From positions 214,582,001-214,646,000 of the forward strand of contig OZ024743.1 of the NCBI GenBank assembly GCA_964016885.1: a stretch of DNA of 64,000 nucleotides. The letters run 5' to 3'. Source of the DNA: Eledone cirrhosa. Taxonomy: Eukaryota. The translations under genes and the position numbers were made by a program. Positions 39,901 through 51,229 of this stretch are shown piece by piece. The notes beneath the pieces were generated by a model that saw only the letters and a list, made by a program, of their open reading frames with translations, was not told the DNA's origin and did not search any database. How positions within the stretch are numbered: position 1 is the first letter of the stretch; the number at the start of each line of letters is the position of its first letter.

Positions 39901-42900
39901 TAGATGCACGCTGGGACTGTGTGGGACTAGCGGATAGGGGAGGAGGGTGAAAGTGCCTCACCAACCTACTCAGGCGTTTTGAACTGTCTGACATGTACCG
40001 ATTATATTTCCCGAATGTGCCAATGTGAATTTGAACAATTCGCATAGGTTCATCCAGATCATATCTAGATAGAGTATTTTGTAGGGAAATAGATAGGTCT
40101 AGCATAGGCTGTCCAAAATTCAAGATAGTCAGCTACACGGACCACAACTTCGTGATCTGTGTGCTTGAATTAGATAGGCTTCATGGACGAGGACCCGGCA
40201 ACTGTAAGCTAAACGCGTACTTACCAGCGCGCAAGGCCTACATGGAACGGATTAGCGAACTAGTTAAGCGGGCGTTGACGGGGGCCATCGTCAACAACAA
40301 GTGGTGGTTTGCCATGAAAAGAGCTATTAGAATAGAGTCCATTAGGTTTAGTAAGGCTTTAGCAATGGGGAAAAATAGAGCAGAATGAGAACTAGTTAGA
40401 ACATTAGACGAGACGCTTAGCAAACGCATCTCGACCGACGTACTTGCCGCGAAATTGGCTCTTGACCAATTCTTCAATGTAAAGCACGAAGGCTGCGTTG
40501 CCAGAGCTAGGGTGCGTGCTCTCAGACACGAGGGGATGAAAGCCGTTCAATGGGCTCGATTGGCGGAGGCGCGCCGTGGCCACAAATCCACGATCCGATC
40601 TTTGGTGGACCACGACGGGCGCATGCTACTCGATCCCGGGCAAATGTGTGAAGCTTTTCAGCGACACTTCGCTCAGCTATTCGGGGCAGCGGCGGGACGG
40701 TTCGAGAGATAGAATTTAGTGTCTACACCGACGGACTGCCGCGGCTCTCAGCCACTGAGGCAGAGTGTTGCGAAAAGCCGATAACAGCCGCTGATGTACG
40801 TGAAGCAATGACTGGCTTTACAAGGGGTAACTCGCCTGGTTTAGATAGTCTGCACTATGAACATTACGTACAGATGCCAGACTTGTTTGGAGGCCGCTTG
40901 GCGGACGTCTACTGCAACTGGCAACAGAACGGGAGAATTCCCAGCTCTGTGAGCCGAGGAGCGGTGGCGCTGCTGAGAAAGGATCGTAACAAGGGGCATA
41001 TCATAGATAATTTCAGGCCCATAACACTGCTAAACACAGAGTTCAAGATTTTGGCCAATGTGCTAGCAAAGAGGTTGGCGTATGTCGTTGGTGGTCTGGT
41101 GGGAGAGACGCAAACATGCGCCATTCCCGACAGATCAATCTACGACAACCTCCACCTTATGCGATACATCGTGGAGAGGGTAACTAGGGAACCTGGCACG
41201 GGTGGGTCCTTGATCAATTTAGATCCGTCGAAACCTTTCGATAGAGTCGAACATCGTTACCTAGCGGCAGTACTGAGTGCGGCTGCATTTGGGCTCGTCT
41301 TCAGAGACTGGATCGCTGCCATGCACAGCGACATCTGCTCTGTGGTGAGAGTGAACGGTCGCCTTTCGGAACCGTTCAACATCATGCGCTCGGTCCGCCA
41401 AGAATGTCGCCTTTCGTCCCTCTCGTACGTATTGACTCTCGAGCAATTACTGCACAAACTGGAGACGTTGTGGAGGTTCCACGCGAACTAGGATGCGGAA
41501 GATCCGTGCCAGCATATGCGGGCGATTACACAGTAGTGGTGTCAAACGCTAAACACATCGAGGCGATCGGCACTACACTAAGAGAATACGAAGCGGTGAC
41601 AGGACCAATGATCAACCAGGTAAAATCAGTGGGCCTGCAGCTCGGCACCTGGAGAGGAAGGTCCATGTTGTCCAACAGCGTCGTCGGGCGCTGTACGGAC
41701 GGACCGGTTAAATTGCTAGGTGTCTGGTTCGGTCGGACCTCCGGACGGACAAAAAACTGGGACGAGGTGACGAGCATGGTGGCTTTTCTCTCCAATAAAT
41801 GGGCGGAGAGGAAGCTATCCCTGAAAGGTCGAGCGGAGGTGGCTAACGCGTACATCGCGTCCGTCATCTACTACCGCCTGACCGTCGTACCATGTCCTAA
41901 GCCCCGCCTGACTGCGCTGGATCGTTTGCTCTTTCGCTTTTTGTGGAAGGGACGCGCTCCGATGATCAGGTGGTCCATCTGCTGTCAAAACCCGCTACGT
42001 GGAGAGCTGGGGATTCCGTGGCTGATAGTGTGCAGACACGCGCTCAGGCTACGACATCTCCACCTCTTCCTCGACGGTGATCAGGTGTGGTCGCCGTTTG
42101 CTAGACACGTCTTTCCCTAGCTGGTCTCATCGACGGAGCTGCAGTCCTGGGTCAAGCGAAGACCGAGAGGGAGCGCTTGGAGACTGGAATGTATTCAGGC
42201 GCTCACAGCCCTCGACGAATCGGGCAATGTGATCGGTGGAAACTCCACCTTGGCGTTCTATAGAGGATTAGTGGAGGGGAAGAGTGACGACGTACTTGGA
42301 GAAACTCTAGGCGTCGACGAAAATCAACTAGCAAATCTCTTCGGAAGGACTTTCGGGCCGGGCCTATGGACAACTTCCAGAAATCCCTGACCTGGCAGTG
42401 CTACCGAGGAGCTTTGCCAGTTCGGGATAAACTTTACAGGCATGGAGGTACCGTCAGCCGGGCATGTCCGAGATGCGTGGAGGGCGACGAAACCGTCCTG
42501 CACACACTCGTCCAGTGTCCGAGCATTGCTGACTTGTGGGTTTATGTCGAACACCTGCTGTCGCGTGTAGGACGGTTCTACCTATCAGCTGAGTCCATCG
42601 TGAGGATTTCCCCGTCCTCTTACTTTAGCGGGGAAGGGCAGGCAGTTTTTACCTCTCTGGTGGCCATGGCGAAAGAAATAGTATGGTGGACACGTTTGAA
42701 AGGGCTGAAGACGAGCACTTACCTCTTCGCTGATGCCCTGATTAACATTTTCAAATTTCATTTGAAAAGGAAAATCATGTTGCTCTTGTTGTTATCGTTA
42801 TTTTTGTTATTCTTATTTTTAATTTCAGTTGTGGTGGTGGTGGCGTCAGTTCGTGTTCGGTGTGGAAGAGTCCATTTTGGGTGAATCCATTTCGATGTCA

Positions 42901-43345
42901 CGAGATAATTTATGTTTTTCTTTTGTTTCTGTTGTCGGTGTGGTGGTGGTGGGGGTGGCGGCTTCAACACCTGCAACCATTGGTAATGGCGGGAAATGAA
43001 TGTCTGCATGAGACAATTTTAATTATTGCTAATGGTTATATTTTTAGTGTTGGCAAACGAAGTAATAATTACAATGGTGGTGTCGGTGTGAGGTGTTAGT
43101 TTATGAGGAAGGTGTGGCTGTGAGTCGTCCATGATTTTTTAAAGAAATTTTTTGTTTGATAATTATAAAAGTTTAAATTTTGGGCTCAAGGCCCCAATCT
43201 TGTTTAGTGTCCTTTTCCGAAAGCAAATTTTGTGACCTTATAAACAGTTAACAACAAAAATGATCCATAAATGGCAATTTTAAACAAACGGAAACCACAA
43301 AACTTTGCGGAGCTAACGATGATACGATTTCATGCGTAGATCGCC
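33946..43345 (-). mobile_element. Rearranged Tx1 subfamily A with a ~3.7-kb internal inverted duplication
   Basis: Normal 3' end at 33946 and 5' end at 43345, both in (ATT)n. 34480-38150 (-) is mirrored by 39202-42972 (+). Confidence 0.85.
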
Positions 43346-43346
43346 A

Positions 43347-43377
<31 letters not shown>

Positions 43378-43378
43378 T

Positions 43379-44106
43379 GCCAATGGTTGTGCAAGAGCAA
43401 GTCCTCAGAAGGAAGTGGGTGAAACAACATATTGACAAAGCGGAGGCTATTTCACTGTGTAGCATCTGTGGAGAGAGAGAGACGTGACTGTGGCTCACAT
43501 GTCTCCGAGTGTAAACACCTAGCCCAGACTCACTATAAAGGCTGGAGACATGATGTGATAGGCAGGGTGATCCACTAGCATCTATGCAAATTAAACAATT
43601 TACCACATTCTGAGAAGTAGTATGACCTTAAGCCAGAGTCGGTGATAGAAAACGATCAGGTGAAGGTGCTATGGGATTTAGGATACAGACGGACAAGCAA
43701 TTAGAACACAATAGGCCTGACCTGGTGGTTTTAGACAAGGTAAAAAGATCGTGCCTGATTGTAGATGTAGCCTGACCATTTGACACGAGAGTGCAAGAAA
43801 AGGAGATGGAGAAAATTAACCGATACCAGGACTTAAAGTGGGAGTTAAAATGGATTTGGAACTACCATGATATCAAGGTCGTCCCGATTGTTATAGGCGT
43901 ACTAGGTACTCTCTCAAAGCGTTTCCAATGATGGTTAAAGAAGATTAGTTCAGCCCCGGTTTTGGGAACACTTCAAAAGCCATGTTGGCTGGGAACAGCA
44001 AGAACCCACCGATACGTCTTGAACATCTGAAGCTGCAGGCAGTGGATTGATATTCATTTCAACAAACTTTCCAGTTAAATAACATCAATCACTGAGACTC
44101 AAAGGA
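43379..44106 (+). mobile_element. 5'-truncated Dong subfamily B copy
   Basis: CSICGERE..H..RHD finger region and TDKQLEHNRPD. The 3' end matches 20380-20797 and runs into (TAA)n. Confidence 0.85.
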
Positions 44107-44137
44107 CAATAATAATAATAACAACAATAATAATAAT

Positions 44138-44390
44138 GATATTATAGGGGACAAAACGAAAACACAGAGACACTGGTAGTTTACAATGAAAGTGAGAAAA
44201 AACAATAAAAAAAAACACAACTATCAAAATATAACAATACAAATTCCACAATAGGGGGGAGAACCCCGCAGGGGTGACTAATCGCGATCCAACCGACGCT
44301 TCGAGGCCACACGTAAAGGCATAGACTGTGGCCTTGATAAATGCGTTAAAACGACCTTCATCGGATGTAAACTCAAAAACATCCATCGTT
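44138..44390 (-). mobile_element. 3' fragment of a probable third Tx1 subfamily (C)
   Basis: Shares the TCTCCCCCCTATTG 3'-UTR motif, at similar spacing from the (ATT)n junction, with subfamilies A and B. Confidence 0.55.
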
Positions 44391-44439
44391 AAAATTGATC
44401 ATCATAATCCTATAAAGGCATTGCAGCCAGAGGAGGGTT

Positions 44440-45775
44440 AAATGTGGGCGTATATGAAGGCTATGGAATTAAATACTTAACAATGAAGGGAATGTTATCA
44501 CAGGATGAGGGGAATATTCAAGGCATAGCTAAACGTAAGCAACAGCTTTGAACCAATTACTAATTCAGCCATGCCGATAGTAACTTATAGTTTAAATATA
44601 ATTTGTTGGGTAAATGCTGAAGGCTGTAAGCTTGATATAGAAATTCGGAAAAGTTCAAAATTCGCTCGCTCTGATCGATCGAGCGACAAGATGCCATACC
44701 ATATTTGCCTGCAGAGTGAGGTGGACCTCGTCAAATTGGAGCAAGGAAACTTCTGTTTCCATTGGTGTTTCCATTGCAGATACTATATATCGCTGACCAC
44801 TCCTTAGCAGGAGGAGCAACTTGAAATAATGTGTCTTGCTCATGGATACAACGCATTACCCGGTCCGAGAATTGAACTCTCAATCTGATGCTTGCGAATC
44901 TAACTCTCTAACCACTAAGCCACAATCATTCATCTACACGAATAGAATGTTCCACCCTAAAGCAGATATGTAACTGTTCTAAGAGACTTTTACATCCTGA
45001 ATTGGCACTGAACATTTTTACGTTTGGCTTAAACATGTGCCTGAACGATCCTGATGACTGAATGACGTAACTTGTTTTAAAGTACGAAAACAGCAGAATA
45101 TTATATTCAGTAACAAAACAAGCAAGACAATATTTAAATGAATTCCAAATAGTCGGAGCATTAGATGAAATAACAACAAGCATAGAAAAAGTTAAATTCA
45201 TGAAAACCTCACTAAAAATGTTGCCAGCAAGTGTAAGAAAATCCGCTTTATGGCAAATAACCAGAAAAGAATAACAATGCTAACGTTGAGAAAACCCTTA
45301 TACACCAGCGATTACTATCTTCTGAATTAAAATCAGAGACAGAAATGATCATCATAGAAGCACAGTATTAATGACTACATACGGGAATTTATCAGTCCAG
45401 CATCAGGAGCGGCAGCAGCTTAATACATATCGAGTATACGATCTTGCCTCAACAAAATATTTCTACGACAATGCAAATACGCCTGTCATTAAATTGAAGT
45501 ATTTCAGAAGAAAAAGTAAACATAATTATCAAAAAACGTCCTAAATCGATATGAATGTATTAGACAAACCGACCAAGCATCATGCACGTACTTGAAGTAC
45601 ACATTGGTAGAATATGTAAACTCAAGACTAGAACCCTGCCCGTGGCTGTGAGCTTCTAAGTTGCAAGATACGCTGATTATCAGCTGTCTCAAATAACAAG
45701 ATATCCCAAAATGTAAGAAATACGAAAAATAGTACTCATGGCATTGCTCATATCATAGGAAAAATCCTATGTAAC
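44440..45775 (+). mobile_element. Old, decayed Dong-like remnant interrupted by a SINE
   Basis: Patches match subfamily A: ATAGTAACTTATAGT ~ 17082, AAATCAGAGACAGAA ~ 17602, GAAATACGAAAAATAGTACTCATGG ~ 18206. Confidence 0.7.
44690..44923 (-). mobile_element. tRNA-headed SINE (second family)
   Basis: Minus strand reads GTGGCTTAGTGGTTAG (A box) ... GAGTTCAATTCTCGG (B box) ... TGAGCAAGACAC. The 3' boundary is approximate. Confidence 0.7.
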
Positions 45776-45852
45776 TAAAACAAAGTTTTTATTTTATTTT
45801 ATGAAAAGTACTTTTGAAATATATATAATAACAAATATTTTATCGTTATTTT

Positions 45853-46150
45853 TTGGCAGTATCAGTAGAGAATCGGACGCCATGCTTTCCAGCATATTAC
45901 GTCCCTTTACGGTCTGAGTTCAAATCCCGCCGAGGTTAACTTTGCCTTTCATCCTTACGGGGTCGATAACATAAAGCACCAGTAATGTACTGGGTAATTG
46001 CTGGCCTTGTGCCAAAAGCAGAAACAATTATTGTGAGTTCAAATCCCGCTGAGGTTGACTTTGCCTTTCATCCTTACGGGGTCGATAAAATAAAGTACCA
46101 GTAATGGACTGAGTAATTGCTGGCCTTGTGCCTAAAGTAGAAACAGTTAT
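45853..46150 (+). mobile_element. SINE followed by a tandem 5'-truncated second unit
   Basis: GAGTTCAAATCCCGC..GCCTTTCATCCTTACGGGGTCGATAA..CTGGCCTTGTGCC..AGAAACA occurs at both 45915-46030 and 46034-46150. Confidence 0.85.
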
Positions 46151-46397
46151 TTTAGTGTAATTCTAACACCAAACTACTTTTAAACAAACTCTAAATGTTC
46201 TTATGTGTTGACATATATTTTTAAAACAAAACTTCTTAGGGACATAGGTCACACACTAAAAACTCATGCACTATCACCGAACTATATTATTACTCCTACA
46301 AATAATGCCCGCATCAACTTATAACTTGCTGTCTCTTGATATCTCCTGGTGAATCAGCTCGCACAAACACAAAGCAAAATGCAAACAACAATATAAT

Positions 46398-46571
46398 AAT
46401 AATTGTTTCTACTGTTGGCACAAGGCCAGCAAATAACCAGTGTATTACTGGTACTTTATTTTATCGACCCCGAAAGGATGAAAGGCAAAGTTAACCTCGG
46501 CAGGATTTGAACTCAGATCGTAAAGGGACGAAACTACGATGTAACTACGACTCTCTACCAATACTGCCAAT
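46398..46571 (-). mobile_element. SINE, same family, opposite orientation
   Basis: Reverse complement of 45853-46030, with a tail AGAAACAATTATTATT. Confidence 0.85.
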
Positions 46572-47886
46572 TGACAGTAGTAATAGTAGTAGCAGTATAA
46601 TTATGTACCTTGTAAATAAAGATCTATTGCTTTACCATCTGATGAAAGTCCACGTTATTTTGAAATCATTTGCAAGCGATTTAAAACAAATATCCATATG
46701 TGTATACCTCAAATTTCATTGACGATTATATGAAGAATATAATACTGTCATTTCGATCACGAACTAATTTTCTGTTAGCAAGTATATAAGAAGACGTTTG
46801 TGAATCAAGACAAATGCTAAAAAAATGGATAAAAATACAATTGCTTCTTTATACAATCTAAACGAACATGATTATATGTAAATTGATAATATGACATAAA
46901 AGTATAGAATCTTATTTTATTCTTATTTAACTACCATGTGCGGGTGTTACTTATATCTCATTCTGTGATTTTAAGCTTGGTTATGCAAAGGTAAAACCTG
47001 AGATAGATTTTCAGTAAAATACCATATAACTATCTATACGTGTAGCAAGCTTGTTTTGCATGTTACATATCTAACGAGTGAATATAGCACCTATAATGAG
47101 GGAAAAATTAAGAGGGGGACATGAGTAATTCGTGCAAAACGAATATGATTAATGGTTATTTCGCAGTATATATTTTATTCGTTTTCATTATTATCTTAGA
47201 AAAGAGAATACACATTATGATTACAAATGACATATTAAATTGGAAATGGAATAGCGAATAGAAAATCGAATTGAATATATGAAGGAGAGAAAATAAAGGT
47301 GATATCAGAACACGAAGGCTAAACTATATTTCAGGACAAAATTCACTAACTAAGATATATGTCTTGTAATTTATCATGTTAGTTTTTCTTTCAATATTTT
47401 GTCTGATTTTGGAAATATATATAGCGACGCACATTTATCAAATACCTTTGCACAAACAAAAGATTTATGGGCAGAGATTTCTATTCTTACACAACTGTTG
47501 CATGTTTGCATTTTATATTCAATTTCATCATGGCAATGTCTCGTCAAGGATATAAATTATAGAGAAATCACAATTTTACGCCATAATAATTTATATACAT
47601 TTTTATCTATGATATATTTATAACTAGTATATAGAATACCTTGTTTATTGACATGATCAATAATATTTTCTTGTCTTCCTAAAAGATTAGAGTAGTAAGG
47701 TTATTGTTCATTTACGCACTCAATAGTGGGAGAAGGTGAGTGTAGATATCGTAGATATGATATTGTAATGAGATCAGCCGTAAATATGCTGAAGGCTTTG
47801 GCTTAGTCCTAGGGTATTAACTCTTTAAAACAACCATTCTCTACTACCGCAAGTATCGAGTTCTCTGTGGAGTAACAGTCTAATCA

Positions 47887-47942
<56 letters not shown>

Positions 47943-50146
47943 CCTCTCTCTCTCTCTATCTCTCTAGAGAGAGAGAAATTAAACATATGATATGATAATA
48001 TTTGTTTGAAAGAAAAATGTGAATATAAGAAATAAAAAAATATATATGCAAGGATGGTAGAAATAGGATAACAAAACAATATTTTAAAAAAAATCAATAA
48101 ATGAATATAAGGATCATAATGGAAATAGCTGCGGGGTTTTAAATGCTGTCTATAACTAAAACTTCCAACCACCCAACGGCAACTAACATCATTTATATCT
48201 AGACGACATAAGTGTATAACATTATCTTATGATGGACATTTTTTTATCAGTTCCTATCATTATCAAATAATGCTTTTCTTCTCATGATGAGGATTATCAG
48301 ATAAAAAATGGCATCTAGTATTAAAAAAATTACAGCAGGAAAGGAATGTTATGTGTTGTAAAAGAGGGCATAAATTAGATATGGATATGTTTAATCTAAT
48401 GAATCACAAATCCCACAAAAAGGATTTGGATTATGTTTAGTGAAGCTGACTGTGTAAATCGGTAAGTTTTATTACAATGCTAAATTACTTTCTAAAACAA
48501 TTTAATCACATAATTCAACTATTTGTAATCCAGTCAAGGTTAATAATTACTCGCTTGATGGGAACAGTCTCATGAAGTCATTATTGCATTGTGCACGTAA
48601 ATAACACTTTCTATTCGAAGTCATTTGTTGCATTAAATGAATATGTTTCAAATGATTCCTTTTACCAGTAGATTTCTTTTACCAGAATGTTCTGTTTCAC
48701 GGAAACGGACATTTGCTTCAGTAAATCATTTTACCATTCGAACATAGACTTTAAGGCTACTTGGTTACTGATAGATATTTCACTAACTTAAAGCCACAGA
48801 TATTTAAGTCATATGTTCGGTGTAACTGCGAAATGTCTAAGTATATCCCAATGTTCAGTAGTTCTGACGCAATATATGATATGTGATGTAAAAAAAAGAA
48901 AACCCCTTCGAAATAATTATAATTACTAGAACTTGTATAATAAGTAACTAGATCTTTTTCAAAAACATTGTAAGTGCACTCGATCTGCTTAATGCATATT
49001 TACCCCTCCCTGAAACATTCCAATTTACACACATGTATATTACATATATTTTAGTTCATTATTATTCGCAAAACATTTTTATATATGCATTTTCTAGAAC
49101 TAATTATTCCATAAACTGTTATTCTTTCCTCCCAGCCAAACTAAACTAATTTATATTTGGAACAAGTAAGGCTAATAGCCATTGGTTTAATATTAATGTA
49201 TAGCGTCCAATAATTTCTTTAATCCCTTAAAAAATGCCTAGAACAAGAGGAAAAAAAACAAAAACAAATATCTATGTGTTCTTGCCCGCAGGGCGCAGCC
49301 TCTCTACCGCCGTGCCCTAGGCCTAGTGCCAATCACCCTCCACCTCATCATTCTTCTGTGACACTCGAGTTCTTGCCATTCCCTTTCCTTCCCGTGTCTT
49401 TCTGTCTTTTTCTCTTTAGTTTCAAGCCAATTTATGAAAAGTGTTACTGTGAATAAAAAGTTAAACAAATTAGCAAATCAGTCATGATGGATGGATTAAA
49501 AGAAATCGCGTATATTACATCCTTATCAACCATATTAACAGTAGCAAGACCACTATCAACTATTAGGACTTTCACTATATTTCCGCAAAAAGAGAGCATA
49601 AGAAAAATAAAAGATAATCCAGTGAAATCCGTGACAAAAACATTAACATACATTTATGACTGAATACATCAACCCCCTTTTTATGAGAATGAATTAATGC
49701 AATTAGAATTATACATTGCTATGTTAACGCTGAAAACAAATCTAATGAAAGCATATAAATATCTTAAGAGCTAAAGGAATTTGTTTGCAATAGAAAATTG
49801 ACATTTCTCTGTACGTGTCGAATCATAACTTAATGCAATCATTGGCTGGATGCAATTAGTGAATATTGTTGCTACATCAGCAAGAGGCAAGCTAATGTAT
49901 ACGAGTCCTACTTATATAGAGTATAGGGATTCTGATTCCAATTTAAAATACCAACGATATTTTGAAAAATGTTACGCACACATAACAATTATAAAAAATA
50001 GTATATACATATACAAACGCACAAGCGCACACACAAGCAATCACACGTAGACTTAGATATATATAATATATAAGTTTAGAATATAAATATTTAAATGAGA
50101 TGATAACAATATACACTTACTTTTCAAGTAATATATATGATATATC

Positions 50147-50256
<110 letters not shown>

Positions 50257-50298
50257 TATAGTAGAATTAATGAAACTATATTTTACTCATTAACTCGG

Positions 50299-50423
50299 TG
50301 CATTTTAATCAAACTCTGATGAGACCAATAGTCCCTATTCACTGATGGCAAATTTTTAACTAAAATGATTTGCTGTATGTGGCATAGCACCCTGGGAAGA
50401 AACAATTGTCAGTAATTAAATGC
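50299..50423 (+). ncRNA. Hammerhead-ribozyme fold with a long stem II insertion
   Basis: ACT-CTGATGA (50316) ... ~76 nt ... GAAA (50399)-CAATTG-TC-AGT. GUC cleavage triplet at 50408-50410. Stem I extends as GCATTT..ACT/AGT..AAATGC. Confidence 0.65.
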
Positions 50424-50476
50424 CTTTAACTCTGAGATTCTTTGGTTTGTAAGCAAATTGTAGCTCTCTCTATCCC

Positions 50477-50542
<66 letters not shown>

Positions 50543-51155
50543 TTCATATATATATATAATACAATATGTTGAACATGTAACACACTAGAGAGAGAGATAA
50601 TGCGCCATGAATCAAACAAGGAAAGATACCATGGAAGGCAGAGTAGACAAACGATAATTAAACGTATAAATTAAAGCGTAAATATATACCTCGATAACTA
50701 TCTAACACACACGTACAAATCCAAAGAGATCTTTTTCGCCAACAAGTTGTTGACAGAAATGAGTAGCCCATGGTTCATCAGCGTGTTAAGGCTATACGTT
50801 TCAGACAACTCTAAGTGAATCTAAAGCCACCTGTGGGGGAAATAAGTCACAACGTGCCTAAGGCAGTAACCAGTGGCCTCCGAGGGATGAGTTGCTAGAA
50901 AGGGCAGCCCAAACCACTCAGAAAAGTGTGCTCAACCAAACAGAGACAGAGGAAAGACTGTTATAAGGAGCGATATAGATTAGGGTTATAGATTCCATAC
51001 ACTGGTGGTTTTTCCCTGTTTGATTGATGGTGCACTATCTCTCTCTCTTGTGTGTTACCTTTTCAACATATTGTATCATAAAAAGCTCGGGATTCCTTCT
51101 CCTTTGAGAACATTACTGCAGGGAATAGCGAGAGTCTATGGCACCGTAATTTATC

Positions 51156-51226
<71 letters not shown>

Positions 51227-51229
51227 GAG

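Noticed and set aside
13274-44137. Repeat-spacer pattern resembling a CRISPR or cassette array
   Set aside because: The repeats are simple (TAA)n and the spacers are recognisable retrotransposons. No cas or integrase genes are present, and the DNA is eukaryotic.
44850-44923. tRNA gene
   Set aside because: A and B boxes are present, but there is no acceptor stem or terminator and it continues into a SINE body.
48330-48466. Possible host exon ending in GTAAGT (similar isolated splice-like signals near 59725-59800)
   Set aside because: All frames contain stops and no protein is recognisable. It cannot be supported without RNA data, although small exons in 1-3 kb, 46.6-50 kb and 56-62 kb cannot be excluded.
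50760-50815. CTGATGA and GAAA on the minus strand as another hammerhead (also CTGACGA near 12015-12022)
   Set aside because: The required stems do not pair, or the GAAA segment is absent.
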